This document shows positions 46,448 to 56,699 of a stretch of 64,000 bases of DNA, one piece after another. The DNA lies in contig JBFMHR010000004.1 in assembly GCA_040751795.1 (NCBI GenBank), positions 160,001-224,000 of the forward strand, given 5' to 3'. A program made the position numbers and the translations under genes. Position 1 is the first letter of the stretch, and each line of letters begins with the position of its first letter. The stretch is from Thermoplasmatota archaeon (lineage in GTDB: Archaea; Thermoplasmatota; Thermoplasmata; UBA10834). The notes beneath the pieces were generated by a model. It saw only the letters and a list, made by a program, of their open reading frames with translations. It had not been told where the DNA came from and searched no databases.

Positions 46448-46705
46448 GTGACGGTCAGGCCCTGCAGGTTCGAGGCCTTCGAGGCCGTTCCCAGGGAGCG
46501 CCTGGACCTGGACCTGGACGACTGCGAGCGCAGGCTGAGGTCGGCGGGGTACGAGGTCGTGACGAACGCCGGCGTGATGCTGGTCGTGAGGAAGCAGGTG
46601 GAGGTCACCGTCTACCCGCACGGCCGCCTCCTGATCCACCCGGTCAAGGACAAGGCCGCAGCCGAGGGCGCCGCGAGGGAGCTCTACTCGTCCCTCGGCA
46701 TGTGA
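46448..46705 (+). CDS. Small hypothetical protein
   Basis: Host-like codon usage, fills the gap; EVTVYPHGRLLI motif. May start at CTG 46439. Confidence 0.65.
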   Translation: MTVRPCRFEAFEAVPRERLDLDLDDCERRLRSAGYEVVTNAGVMLVVRKQVEVTVYPHGRLLIHPVKDKAAAEGAARELYSSLGM

Positions 46706-46775
46706 GGCGGGCGGGGTTTCCGGGGTTCCGTTTTAATACACCATGGCGATTCGATACCGTCGCGGAGGCTCACTC

Positions 46776-47702
46776 ATGATAGAGTTGCAGAAGCTCACCA
46801 AGTCGTTCGGGCCGATCAAGGCCGTGGACGGGCTGGACCTCAAGGTCGGCAGGGGCACGACCGTCGGCTTCCTCGGGCCCAACGGCGCGGGCAAGACCAC
46901 GACGATCAAGATCCTCACCCACCTGATCGGCGCGACGGACGGGCGCGCCCTCCTGAACGGCGTGGACGTGCTCAGCGACCCGAAGGCCGCCCTCGCCCAC
47001 GTGGGCGCGGTGGTGGAGACCCCCGAGTTCTACCCGTACCTGACGCCCCTAGAGACCCTTGCATACCTCGGCAGGGTCAGGGGGATGCACCACGAGGACA
47101 TAGTGAGGCGCTCGGACGAGGTCCTGCACCAGGTCAAGATGGAGCAGTGGCGCACCACGCGCATAGGCAAGTTCTCGAAGGGCATGAAGCAGCGCCTGGC
47201 CATAGGACAGGCCCTGCTCCACGAGCCCGACATACTCATATTCGACGAGCCGACCAGCGGCCTCGACCCGAGGGGCATGGTCGAGGTCAGGGAGATCATC
47301 AAGCAGCTCAAGAAGGAGCACTACACCATATTCATGAGCTCCCACCTCCTCGGCGAGGTCCAGGAGACGTGCGACAGGGCCGCGCTCATAGACCACGGGA
47401 AGCTGCTGGTCTACGACGACATAGAGAACCTGGGCAAGCTCACGAAGGTCACCAAGCTCGAGGTCGTGGGCTCGTCCCCGCTGGGGGACCCGCTGGTCGA
47501 GGGCATATCGCGGATGCCGAGCGTCGTCCGGGTCGACAGGGCCAACGGCCGGACGCTGGTGGTCACATACGAGGGCAGCGTCGAGTCGAGGGGGGACCTG
47601 CTCAGGGCGATACAGGCCCTGGGCGTGAACGTGGTCTCGTTCAGCCCCGTCGGCCTCCCACTGGAGATGATGTACATGGACCTCGTGAAGGAGTCGAGGT
47701 GA
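46776..47702 (+). CDS. ABC-2 type exporter ATPase
   Basis: GPNGAGKTT, FSKGMKQR, DEPTSGLDP, SSHLL.EV. Confidence 0.95.
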   Translation: MIELQKLTKSFGPIKAVDGLDLKVGRGTTVGFLGPNGAGKTTTIKILTHLIGATDGRALLNGVDVLSDPKAALAHVGAVVETPEFYPYLTPLETLAYLGRVRGMHHEDIVRRSDEVLHQVKMEQWRTTRIGKFSKGMKQRLAIGQALLHEPDILIFDEPTSGLDPRGMVEVREIIKQLKKEHYTIFMSSHLLGEVQETCDRAALIDHGKLLVYDDIENLGKLTKVTKLEVVGSSPLGDPLVEGISRMPSVVRVDRANGRTLVVTYEGSVESRGDLLRAIQALGVNVVSFSPVGLPLEMMYMDLVKESR

Positions 47703-47704
47703 TC

Positions 47705-48805
47705 ATGGTGTCCGAGGAGCTCAAGGCGCAGCACAATATCCCTTCGGACCTGGAGCAGCTGCCGGTCATCTGGAGGTACGAGCTGCTGAGGTACCTCAGG
47801 TCCTGGAGGCTCTACGCGTCGATAGTGATAGTCGTGGCGGTCATGGCGCTGCTGTACCTCCTGCCGCCCCTGCTGGGGGAGGGGTACAGCGGCACCGACA
47901 CCGAGACGCTGCTGTGGGTCACCCCTACCGGCGGCCTGCCGGACGACCCCGTCCCGGTCTACGCAGTCGGCATGATCAACCGGAGCCAGATAGACACCGC
48001 CTCCCTGACCCTCTACAGGGACGGGGCGGAGTACGCCTCCGCGGGCGGGACGGTGTGGTCCCTGACCGAGGTCGAGTACGGCAGCGCGACCGTCTACACG
48101 ATAGTGTTCCTGGAGGACGTGACGGGCAGCGAGATCACCGCCACCTACGACTGGTACATCTCGCCGGAGAGCTTCGAGACACTGTTCCTCAACTTCGCGA
48201 GCTTCCTCATCATCATCTGCGCCACGTTCTTCGGCGCCGACGCGATAGTGGGCGAGTTCCAGAACAGGACGGGGTACCTCGTGTTCCCCAACCCGATGAG
48301 GAGGTCGGTCCTCTTCGCGGGGAAGTTCATGGCGAGCATAACCGCCGGACTGATGGTGGTGGTGTTCTTCTACGCTGTCCTCGCGGGGCTGTCGCTCGTG
48401 TCCGCCAGGGGCCTCGACGACGACCTCCTGCTCTCCTTCCTGTACGCGGTCGAGTTCCTCCTTGCCGCCATGGCCGTGGCCTACCTGGTCAGCTCCCTGC
48501 TCAAAGGGACCACGGGCGCGACCGTCCTGACCTTCTTCCTGTTCATCATGATCCTGCCGATCGTGGACAGCGTGTCCATGTTCTCGGGCGTGAAGCTAGA
48601 GGGCTCGGTGACGTTCTCCGCGGGGGCGATGATCTACGTGCTCACCGACCCGTACCCGGCGGACGAGGTGCAGGACTACGGGGCGTTCAGGATGACCATG
48701 TTCTACCCGGACCCGGCCCTCGCCCACGTGGTGATGCTCGGGTACGCGTTGGCCGCGACGGCCCTCGGCATCTGGCTCTTCAACCGTAAGCAGCTGGCGG
48801 GCTAG
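47705..48805 (+). CDS. ABC-2 type permease with an extracellular insertion
   Basis: YELLRYLR, TM1, ~100-aa polar loop, GADAIVGEFQNRTG...NP.RR....GKF, further TM helices. Confidence 0.88.
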   Translation: MVSEELKAQHNIPSDLEQLPVIWRYELLRYLRSWRLYASIVIVVAVMALLYLLPPLLGEGYSGTDTETLLWVTPTGGLPDDPVPVYAVGMINRSQIDTASLTLYRDGAEYASAGGTVWSLTEVEYGSATVYTIVFLEDVTGSEITATYDWYISPESFETLFLNFASFLIIICATFFGADAIVGEFQNRTGYLVFPNPMRRSVLFAGKFMASITAGLMVVVFFYAVLAGLSLVSARGLDDDLLLSFLYAVEFLLAAMAVAYLVSSLLKGTTGATVLTFFLFIMILPIVDSVSMFSGVKLEGSVTFSAGAMIYVLTDPYPADEVQDYGAFRMTMFYPDPALAHVVMLGYALAATALGIWLFNRKQLAG

Positions 48806-49982
48806 GCGGAGGCGGCGGGGGCGGGACCTGCCCCGGAGGGCGCTGGTACTGCCAGGCCGCGCCACGTCTCCTCGCGAGCATGATGTCGACGGCCCTCAGG
48901 AAGTCCTTCTTCGTCACTATCCCGACGAGCCTGCCGCGGTCCACCACCAGGAGCCTGCCGATGTTGCGGCCGGTCATCAGCATCAGCGCCTGGGCGGCGT
49001 CCATCTCCGGGGGCACGCTCACGACGTCCCTGATCATGATGTCCCCGACCTTCGTGGAGGGCACCGACTCCTTGGGCACCTTCTGCGCGTCGGTGAGCGT
49101 GACGACGCCGACCACGCCGTAGTCGACGACGGGGAACCCCATGTGGTGCGTCGAGAACATGAGGTCCAGGAGCTGCTGGAGGGAGGTGTCGGGGTGCACG
49201 ACCTGGACGGCGTCGGTCATTATCTGGCGGACGCTGAGCCCCTCGAGGCTGTCCGTGATGACGGTCGCCCGCTCCTCCTCCTGGGCCCCTGTGTAGACGA
49301 AGAACGCGATGAGTATCAGGAAGATCTGGAAGGTGAATATCCCGAAGATCCCCATCGCGATGGCTATGTACCTCCCTGCCCTGGCGGCCTTCCTGGTGGC
49401 CTCGAGGTGTGACATCCTCGTGGCGAGGTACGACCTCAGCATCCGCCCCCCGTCCATGGGGAAGGCGGGCAGGAGGTTGAAGCCCGCGAGGAGGACGTTG
49501 TAGAACGCCATGAGCCCGAGGAGGAGCGCCGTCCCCTCGAGCAGGACGGAGTCGGACGGCCCGAGGTCCATGAGCAGCATCGCGGCGTAGGAGGCGCCGC
49601 CGATGCCGAGGCTGGTGAGGGGCCCGGCGAAGGCCATGACGAGCTCCTGGCGCGGCTTCCTCGGTATCTCCTCGAGCGAGGCGACCCCGCCGAAGAGCAT
49701 CAGGGTGATGCTCTTGATCCGTACGCCGTATCTTATAGCGACGTATGAATGGGCGAGCTCGTGAGCGAGTATCGTGGCGAAGAAGACGACCGCCCCGACT
49801 ATGCCGAAGGCGTACCTCTCCACCCACCATGCGTCGAGGTCCCCGAAGCCGAGGGTGAACCCGACCATGGAGCCGGTGCCCACGGCGAATGCGAACGCGA
49901 AGAGCGGCAGGATTATCAGGAAGGTGACGTGCAGGTGTATCGGGATGCCGAGCACCGTGCCTATCCTCACAGACGCCGCCAT
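48780..49982 (-). CDS. Site-2 protease (M50) with a CBS pair
   Basis: HELAH, AGP, FNLLPAFPMDGGR, two CBS domains, Pro-rich tail. Confidence 0.95.
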   Translation of the reverse strand: MAASVRIGTVLGIPIHLHVTFLIILPLFAFAFAVGTGSMVGFTLGFGDLDAWWVERYAFGIVGAVVFFATILAHELAHSYVAIRYGVRIKSITLMLFGGVASLEEIPRKPRQELVMAFAGPLTSLGIGGASYAAMLLMDLGPSDSVLLEGTALLLGLMAFYNVLLAGFNLLPAFPMDGGRMLRSYLATRMSHLEATRKAARAGRYIAIAMGIFGIFTFQIFLILIAFFVYTGAQEEERATVITDSLEGLSVRQIMTDAVQVVHPDTSLQQLLDLMFSTHHMGFPVVDYGVVGVVTLTDAQKVPKESVPSTKVGDIMIRDVVSVPPEMDAAQALMLMTGRNIGRLLVVDRGRLVGIVTKKDFLRAVDIMLARRRGAAWQYQRPPGQVPPPPPPPSPPAAYG

Positions 49983-50108
49983 ACGCCACGGATTATGCGC
50001 CGTCCCTATTTAAGGATTGGACAGGAATCCGGCTGTCTGGCAGGCGGATTTTTTCCGAAAGCATCATATAAAAGTAAAGATACTGTCTTTTCACGGGATG
50101 GGTACCAC

Positions 50109-53100
50109 TTGCGGCGCGGCGTGGCAATCGCATTGCTGGCGGTCATCATCGTCTCTCTCGTCCTGCCCATGCAGTCCGCCCGCTCGTTCAGGGACGCCGC
50201 GGCGGTGACGGACCTCTCCGAGCCGGCACCTCTCTCCTACACCCCGCTCCTCGAAGCGGTCTCCTTCCCCAGCCCCATCGACACCGCGTCGACCGTGCCC
50301 GAGTTCCCGTTGGTGTCGCGCGCGCTGATGCTCGGGGGCGGGTCCGTCGACGCGATCCTCGAGGACCTCAACGGGGACGGCGCGAGCGACCTCGCCGTGG
50401 CCGTGTCCGGGGCGAACCTCCTCTCCATCTTCTTCAGGCAGGCGGACGGCAGCTTCCTGAGCTGGCCGACGCTCAACGTGACGCTTGACTCCCCGCCCGT
50501 CGACATCGAGGCCATAGACAGGTACGGGGATGAGGACCACCACATCGTTGTTCTTCAGAGCAAGGCTACACCAACCGACTATGACCATTTCGTAGTAGTC
50601 AATATCACCTCTGACACCACCTTCACAAAGACCTCGGCAGTGACATTGACCACAGGTGTGTGTGGCCTAATCACGGGCAACCTGCGTGGAGATACTCGAT
50701 ATGACATCGGAATAGTCTCAGCGGGACCTAATCCAGAATCTGAAACCGGAACGGTCGAGATCTTCACAGGACCGCTATTTGACACCTCTATGCAACTCTA
50801 TGCTGGACTGGGCACTAGCTCGATAGCTTGCGGGGACTTCGACACGAATGGCCTGCTCGATCTGGCGATATCCAACCGCTACGACTCGGACATCGATGTC
50901 TTCCTCGCCCCATTCGTCCCTCCGGTCTCCTCTCCCAATTGGACCCTCAGCGCGCCTGGAGAGCCACGGTCTCTGGCTGTGGGCAACTTCAATGGCGATA
51001 CGACCGTCGACCTGGCGGTGTCCTGCGAATCGCCCGACACAATCCATCTGTTCTATCAGTCGAGCGGGCAGCTGCCCGCTACCGCGTCCCAGAGCATGCC
51101 CACGGAGGCCCCTTGCTCCAGGATCGTCTCGGGGGACATGAGCGGCGACGGCATGGCGGACCTGCTGGCCCTCTCAGAGGAGATGAACGCAGCATACGGC
51201 TACTACCAGAGGGCCGTGGCGCCGCTATGGGTCTCCATCGCGGACGCCGCATTCCCGACTGGTGCATCCCCTGGGGGAGCGGTCATCGGCGACCTCACGG
51301 GGGACGGGGTGGCGGACCTGGCGGTCGCGAGCGCCGGGCAGGACCTCGACGGTTCGAGCATCGCGCTGTATCCATCGAACCCGTACGGCTTCTCCAACTC
51401 CAACAGCACGACGTGGACCTACCTGTACTACGAGGCGTCCGTCATCGCGGTCGGCGACATCGACGGCGACGACTCCGAAGACCTGGTCCTGGGGTACCCC
51501 GAGACCAACTCGTTCGGCTACATGCTCGGGTTCTCCGGCGACATGAGCTTCGTCGGCCTCGGCTACGCCCCGCTCGACATCGTCGTGACCGACGTCAACG
51601 GCGACTCGTTCGCGGACGTGCTCACCTCGAACGGCACCCACCCGTACGGGCTGTTCTACCTGGGAGACCCGTCGGACCCGGGCTCCCTGGTCATGTCGAT
51701 GTTCAACTGCTCCGGCAACCTCACGGACATCGCGACCGGCGACCTCAACGACGACGGCATGGTCGACGTCGTGGCCTCCACCTCGAACGGCACCGTCGAG
51801 ATCATGCTCAACAGCGGCTCGTCACCGGTCTACCCGGACTCCGTCGTCCTGGACGCCACCCCGGGCGTCGGCATACCGTCGGTCGCGGTCGGCGACTTCG
51901 ACTCGGACGGCCTCGACGACATCGCCTACCCGCAGTCCCCGAACAGGATAGAGATACTGCTCCAGGACGAGGGCGCCACCCCGTTCTCGCTGCCGGCCGA
52001 CATCGAGCTGAGCGCGAGCGTGGCATCGCCATTCGTGAGGCTCTGGAGCGGGGACGTGACCGGCGACTTCGAGGCCGACATCGTGGCGATGGTGGGGGAC
52101 GACGAGCGTCTCTTCCTGTTCGACCACGACCAGTTCACGACCACCACCATCCCGTTCGACGAGGTCTCGCTGCCCGAGGTGCCCAGCTTCGTCTCCGTCA
52201 CCGACGTAACGGACGACGGGCACGCGGACGTCGTGGCGGCCTTCCCGTCCGCCGACCTCCTGTTCCTCTACCGCCAGTCTGGATCGTCCCTGCCTCCGTC
52301 CCCGTCGATGACGTTCGTCACCGGCGCCCTCCCCTCGTGCGCTATCCTGGGGGACGGGACGGGCGACCACCGGGGCGACCTCCTCGTGGTCGACTCCGGC
52401 TCGCACAGCGTCTCCGCGTGGGAGCTCATCAACTCCCCGCCTGTCGCGCACTCCGGCGGCCCCTACGTCGCGGGCCAGGGTGACCCGCACCAGTTCAACG
52501 GCTCCGTCACGACATCGTTCTCCGAGCTCCCGTACATCGAGTACATGTGGGACTTCGGGGACGGCAACGTGACCGACTGGGCTAGGGACCCATCCCCAGT
52601 CCACCAGTACCTGGAGCTGGGCAACTTCACGGTCACGCTCACCGTCAGGGACCCCGCGGGTTCGGCCGACAGCGACGCCACCTGGATCGAGGTCGTCGAC
52701 AGCCACCCCTTCGCGGACTTCACATGGTCCCCCCTGAACCCGACCGAGGGCGAGGACGTGGTGTTCACGGACGCCACGTACTCCTTCGACCCCCTGGAGA
52801 CCATCTGGTGGATCGTCGACGGGGTGGTCGTCTCCTCAGGCCTCGAGCACACGGTCACGATGTCCTTCGACGACGGTTCCCACTACGCCAACCTCACCGC
52901 GGTGGACTCCGACGGCTCCGCGGATTCTGTCATCAAGTACTTCTTCGTCCAGCCGCTCGACCCCGAGCTCAGCCTCGTCGCGCCGCTCCTGGTCGACGAG
53001 GGCGACACGGTGCCGTTCGAGGTCATCGTCGACGAGCGCTTCGGCGGCGAGGTGGACGAGGTCGTCGGCTACGAGTGGGACTTCTCCTACGACGGCGCGT

Positions 53101-55163
53101 TCTCCGTGGACGAGGTGACCTCGTCCAACTCCACCACGCACGTGTTCGGCTCCACCGGCGACTCCGAGGTCTACACGGTCGCCGTCAGGGTCACCGATGT
53201 GGACGGCGACGCCAACACCACCATGGCGAGCGTGGAGGTTGCTGACATAGGCCCATCGGCCCAGATTTCCCTGTCCGTGCCGGCCGCGGAGGAGGGGGCG
53301 CCCTTCTCCTTCGTCGACGGCACAAACACATACGACGGGATCGCGTCGTGGGAATGGACCCTCAGGTACCCCGACTCCTCGACTGACACATGGTCCATCC
53401 CGTCCGATGAGATGGCCGCGCTGGAGTTCGAGCTCGGGGACGGCGACTACAGCATGAGGCTCGAGGTGTCCGAGGCCGACGGCGACAGCGACCAGTTCGT
53501 CCTCAACTTCGCGGTCGGGGAGGTCGCGCCGTCCGTCACGCTGACGCTCGACCCGGCCGCGGGCCCGTACATGGAGTTCCAGACGATAGCGTTCACCGTC
53601 CAGGCCGAGAGCTACGACCCCGTCGAGTCGTACGAGTGGGACTTCGTGTCGCCCGGCGCGCAGTTCATACCCGACCTCCGGACCGACGCCGGGGAGGCCT
53701 CCCACTCGTACAGCTGGGTGGGCAACTACACGGCCAAGGTCCGCATCAACGACACGGACGGCTCCTCCGCCGTCGTGGAGGTGGACATAGAGGTCGTCGA
53801 CGCGGGCCTCGAGGGGTCCTTCGATTCCGACGTGGCCGTCCTGCGGGACGACCCGAACAGCACAGGCACCGTCACGTTCGACGCCAGCTCCCTCGCCGAG
53901 GCGTACCCAGACATAGCCTACACGGTCTGGGAGTTCGGTGACGGCGGGACGGAGTTCCTCCTCAACCCGCCCGCGGACCCGGTCACGCACGAGTACTCGC
54001 CCACGCGCGACTACGTGGTGAACGTGACCCTCGCGGACGACGACGGCAACAGCCTCGACATGTCGGGCACCCTGCGCATGGTGGAGCCCGCGATCGACCT
54101 CTCGGGATGGGAGAGCGGGGACGTCGTCAACTCCGGCACGCCCCTCAGGTTCACGGTCGGGGACGACTCGCCGCCGCTGGTCTACGTCATGTACTCGGTC
54201 GACGGCGCCCCGTACCAGGACTTCGAGACGATGTACTCCATCAGCACGGTCGGCTGGGAGGACGGGGCGTACACCGTGGACGTCGTCGCGGAGGACAAGG
54301 ACGGGAACATCGCCCGCGAGACGGGCCTGGAGGTCACGATCGACGACACGGCCCCCTCGGTCACGGTTCTCACAGAGGCGACCGCCGTGTACGGAGGCGA
54401 CAAGGTCAACATCACCATCATGGTCGAGGACGACAACATCGGCGAGGGGGACGTCGTGCTGTTCCTCACGTTCCCCGGGGACGACTCCCCGACCTCGTAC
54501 CTGATGCACCCCGCGGGGGGCGGGGTGTACTACGTCCTGGTCGAGTTGCCCAAGAGGGCGGGCCAGATGGAGTCGTACTACGAGGCCACGGACCTCGCGG
54601 GCAACTCGTTCACCTCCGAGGTCTACACCACGGCGGTCGAGATCCGCTTCATCGACGCGGCCTGGCCGTACCTCCTCCTCATGGCGGTGGCCGCCGCGCT
54701 CGGCACGGCCGCCTACTTCATGCGCGAGGCCTCCATCGCGGTCGACGAGACCTTCGTGATATACAGCGACGGCAGGCTCCTGGCCCACAACACCAGGAGG
54801 CTCAAGCCCGGGATGGACGACCAGGTCCTGAGCGGCATGTTCGTCGCCATACAGGACTTCATCATGGACTCCTTCAAGGACGAGACCTCCTTCCGCCTCC
54901 GCAAGCTCGACTTCGGGGAGAAGTCGGTGCTCATAGAGAAGGGCGAGCACCTCTTCCTCGCGGTGGTCCTGCACGGGAAGGCCTCCAGGAAGGTGTCGAG
55001 GAGGATGAAGGGCGTGCTCGACGACATAGAGGGCGCCTTCTCCGAGCACCTCAGGGACTGGGACGGCGACCTGGACAAGGTCAGGGGGGTAAACGAGCGA
55101 GTGAAGAGGCTCTACTCCAAGGCCCCTCTCCTCCTTGGCCCGCCCCGGAAGAGGGGGAAGTAG
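50109..55163 (+). CDS. Large surface protein: FG-GAP repeats, PKD/Ig domains, TM, cytoplasmic longin-like domain
   Basis: Signal peptide after a TTG start. More than a dozen GDxxGDGxxD-type repeats (DLNGDGASDL, GDFDTNGLLDL, GDLTGDGVADL). PKD motifs YMWDFGDG and YEWDF. TM WPYLLLMAVAAALGTAAYF, then a ~145-aa tail. Confidence 0.88.
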   Translation: MRRGVAIALLAVIIVSLVLPMQSARSFRDAAAVTDLSEPAPLSYTPLLEAVSFPSPIDTASTVPEFPLVSRALMLGGGSVDAILEDLNGDGASDLAVAVSGANLLSIFFRQADGSFLSWPTLNVTLDSPPVDIEAIDRYGDEDHHIVVLQSKATPTDYDHFVVVNITSDTTFTKTSAVTLTTGVCGLITGNLRGDTRYDIGIVSAGPNPESETGTVEIFTGPLFDTSMQLYAGLGTSSIACGDFDTNGLLDLAISNRYDSDIDVFLAPFVPPVSSPNWTLSAPGEPRSLAVGNFNGDTTVDLAVSCESPDTIHLFYQSSGQLPATASQSMPTEAPCSRIVSGDMSGDGMADLLALSEEMNAAYGYYQRAVAPLWVSIADAAFPTGASPGGAVIGDLTGDGVADLAVASAGQDLDGSSIALYPSNPYGFSNSNSTTWTYLYYEASVIAVGDIDGDDSEDLVLGYPETNSFGYMLGFSGDMSFVGLGYAPLDIVVTDVNGDSFADVLTSNGTHPYGLFYLGDPSDPGSLVMSMFNCSGNLTDIATGDLNDDGMVDVVASTSNGTVEIMLNSGSSPVYPDSVVLDATPGVGIPSVAVGDFDSDGLDDIAYPQSPNRIEILLQDEGATPFSLPADIELSASVASPFVRLWSGDVTGDFEADIVAMVGDDERLFLFDHDQFTTTTIPFDEVSLPEVPSFVSVTDVTDDGHADVVAAFPSADLLFLYRQSGSSLPPSPSMTFVTGALPSCAILGDGTGDHRGDLLVVDSGSHSVSAWELINSPPVAHSGGPYVAGQGDPHQFNGSVTTSFSELPYIEYMWDFGDGNVTDWARDPSPVHQYLELGNFTVTLTVRDPAGSADSDATWIEVVDSHPFADFTWSPLNPTEGEDVVFTDATYSFDPLETIWWIVDGVVVSSGLEHTVTMSFDDGSHYANLTAVDSDGSADSVIKYFFVQPLDPELSLVAPLLVDEGDTVPFEVIVDERFGGEVDEVVGYEWDFSYDGAFSVDEVTSSNSTTHVFGSTGDSEVYTVAVRVTDVDGDANTTMASVEVADIGPSAQISLSVPAAEEGAPFSFVDGTNTYDGIASWEWTLRYPDSSTDTWSIPSDEMAALEFELGDGDYSMRLEVSEADGDSDQFVLNFAVGEVAPSVTLTLDPAAGPYMEFQTIAFTVQAESYDPVESYEWDFVSPGAQFIPDLRTDAGEASHSYSWVGNYTAKVRINDTDGSSAVVEVDIEVVDAGLEGSFDSDVAVLRDDPNSTGTVTFDASSLAEAYPDIAYTVWEFGDGGTEFLLNPPADPVTHEYSPTRDYVVNVTLADDDGNSLDMSGTLRMVEPAIDLSGWESGDVVNSGTPLRFTVGDDSPPLVYVMYSVDGAPYQDFETMYSISTVGWEDGAYTVDVVAEDKDGNIARETGLEVTIDDTAPSVTVLTEATAVYGGDKVNITIMVEDDNIGEGDVVLFLTFPGDDSPTSYLMHPAGGGVYYVLVELPKRAGQMESYYEATDLAGNSFTSEVYTTAVEIRFIDAAWPYLLLMAVAAALGTAAYFMREASIAVDETFVIYSDGRLLAHNTRRLKPGMDDQVLSGMFVAIQDFIMDSFKDETSFRLRKLDFGEKSVLIEKGEHLFLAVVLHGKASRKVSRRMKGVLDDIEGAFSEHLRDWDGDLDKVRGVNERVKRLYSKAPLLLGPPRKRGK

Positions 55164-55171
55164 GCGGTACC

Positions 55172-55954
55172 ATGACGCTCCCCCTCCCCGAGTGGCCGAC
55201 CCTCCTTGGCGTGACCGCCTTCTGCACCGTGATGGCCCTCCTCGCCTACAGGCGGAGGATATTCAACCTCTCGGGCTCGGTCGGCGCATTCGTCGTCGGG
55301 ATGGTCATAGGCGTATGCGGGAACGTGCTCTGGCTGTTCCTCCTCCTCGTGTTCCTGCTCACGAGCTTCGGGGCCACCAGGTACAGGTTCGACTGGAAGA
55401 AGAAGCAGGGTTTCCAGGAGGGCGCGAAGGGGGAGCGCTCGTGGAGGAACATCGCGGCCAACGGCGCCATCCCCACCGTCATAGCCTTCGCGAGCTTCGT
55501 CGGCGAGGCGATGGCAGGCGGGGACGTGTCGTCCAACCCGTTCCCGAAGGACATCGCCAGCTACGCGTTCGTCGCGTCGATAGCCGTCGCGGCCTCCGAC
55601 ACCGCCGCGAGCGAGATAGGCATCATCGACCCCAGGGTGTACATGATCACCACCTTCAAGAGGGCCAGGAGGGGGGTCGACGGGGGCGTGTCGCTGACGG
55701 GCCAGCTCATAGCCTTCGTCGCCGCGGCCTACACGTCGGCCGTGGCGTACGTGCTCTTCTCGCTCTTCGACCCGGGCCTCATCGCGGGGCCGCCCACGGT
55801 CTTCGTGCCGATGCTCTGCGGCTTCTTCGGCTGCCAGGTCGACAGCCTCATCGGCGCCACATGGGAGACGCGCGGCAGGATAGGCAAGCTGGGCAACAAC
55901 TTCGCCTCGATAGCGATAGGCACGGGCCTCGCGCTGTTGCTGGCCCTCGCCTAG
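55172..55954 (+). CDS. DUF92 (TMEM19/COG1836) membrane protein
   Basis: RSWRNIAANG, SDTAASEIG, ITTFK...G.DGGVS..G, DSLIGA. Confidence 0.92.
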   Translation: MTLPLPEWPTLLGVTAFCTVMALLAYRRRIFNLSGSVGAFVVGMVIGVCGNVLWLFLLLVFLLTSFGATRYRFDWKKKQGFQEGAKGERSWRNIAANGAIPTVIAFASFVGEAMAGGDVSSNPFPKDIASYAFVASIAVAASDTAASEIGIIDPRVYMITTFKRARRGVDGGVSLTGQLIAFVAAAYTSAVAYVLFSLFDPGLIAGPPTVFVPMLCGFFGCQVDSLIGATWETRGRIGKLGNNFASIAIGTGLALLLALA

Positions 55955-56667
55955 GCCTTGGTGAGGGCGCAGACGTAGAGGGGGCCGTCCCAAGGGTACT
56001 GGAACGTCTCCGACACCCTCCACCCGGTCCTCTCCGCGAGGAGCCTCATCTCCGTCGGCGTCACGAGGAGGAGATCGAACCAGTCGTCCGCCCGCCCCTT
56101 GTACACGAACCTCAGCCTCACCTGCCCTGGCATGAGGCCCGCGGACCTGTTCCTCTCGTGGTACGCCCTGTGCGCGGGCAGGGTCGTGCAGAGCGGGTCG
56201 ATGGACTCGGCGAGGAAGACGCCGTCGTCGGCGAGGACCTCCCTCAGCCGCAGCAGCATGGACATCACCCCTCCGGGCGAGCCGCACAGGCCGAAGTTGT
56301 TCCCGAAGGCGACGGCGGTGCCGAAGTGCCCCTTGGGGAAGTCCAGGTCGCACACGGACATCCTGACGGCGTTCTCCACGCCCCTCCTCCTGGCGACATC
56401 GACCATGCCCTCGCTGATGTCGACGCCCACGGCCTCGAGCCCCATGTCCTGGACGTGGAGCGAGACCCTCCCCGGGCCCATGCCGAGGTCGAGGACCCTC
56501 CCCTTGCAGAGGTTCAGGGCCCTCCTCTCGCACTCCGGGAACGCCTCGAACCCGGCGAAGTAGGAGACCAGGTCGTCGGTGTCCATGTGCCCGTCGTCCC
56601 TCTCGATCGTCAGGGGCTCGCCCGCCCCGGCCATCCTGTCCCTGACGGCGTCCCCGAACGCGTCCAT
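55951..56667 (-). CDS. Class I SAM-dependent methyltransferase
   Basis: MDAFG, IERDDG, VLDLGMGPGR, GVDIS, GNNFGLCG. Confidence 0.88.
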   Translation of the reverse strand: MDAFGDAVRDRMAGAGEPLTIERDDGHMDTDDLVSYFAGFEAFPECERRALNLCKGRVLDLGMGPGRVSLHVQDMGLEAVGVDISEGMVDVARRRGVENAVRMSVCDLDFPKGHFGTAVAFGNNFGLCGSPGGVMSMLLRLREVLADDGVFLAESIDPLCTTLPAHRAYHERNRSAGLMPGQVRLRFVYKGRADDWFDLLLVTPTEMRLLAERTGWRVSETFQYPWDGPLYVCALTKA

Positions 56668-56699
56668 GGAACGTGTGAGGGCTTCTCCGCACAAAAGCC

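Noticed and set aside
50545-51060. Diversity-generating retroelement variable region or intein
   Set aside because: No reverse transcriptase, no template repeat and no intein termini seen; the patch encodes ordinary FG-GAP repeats.
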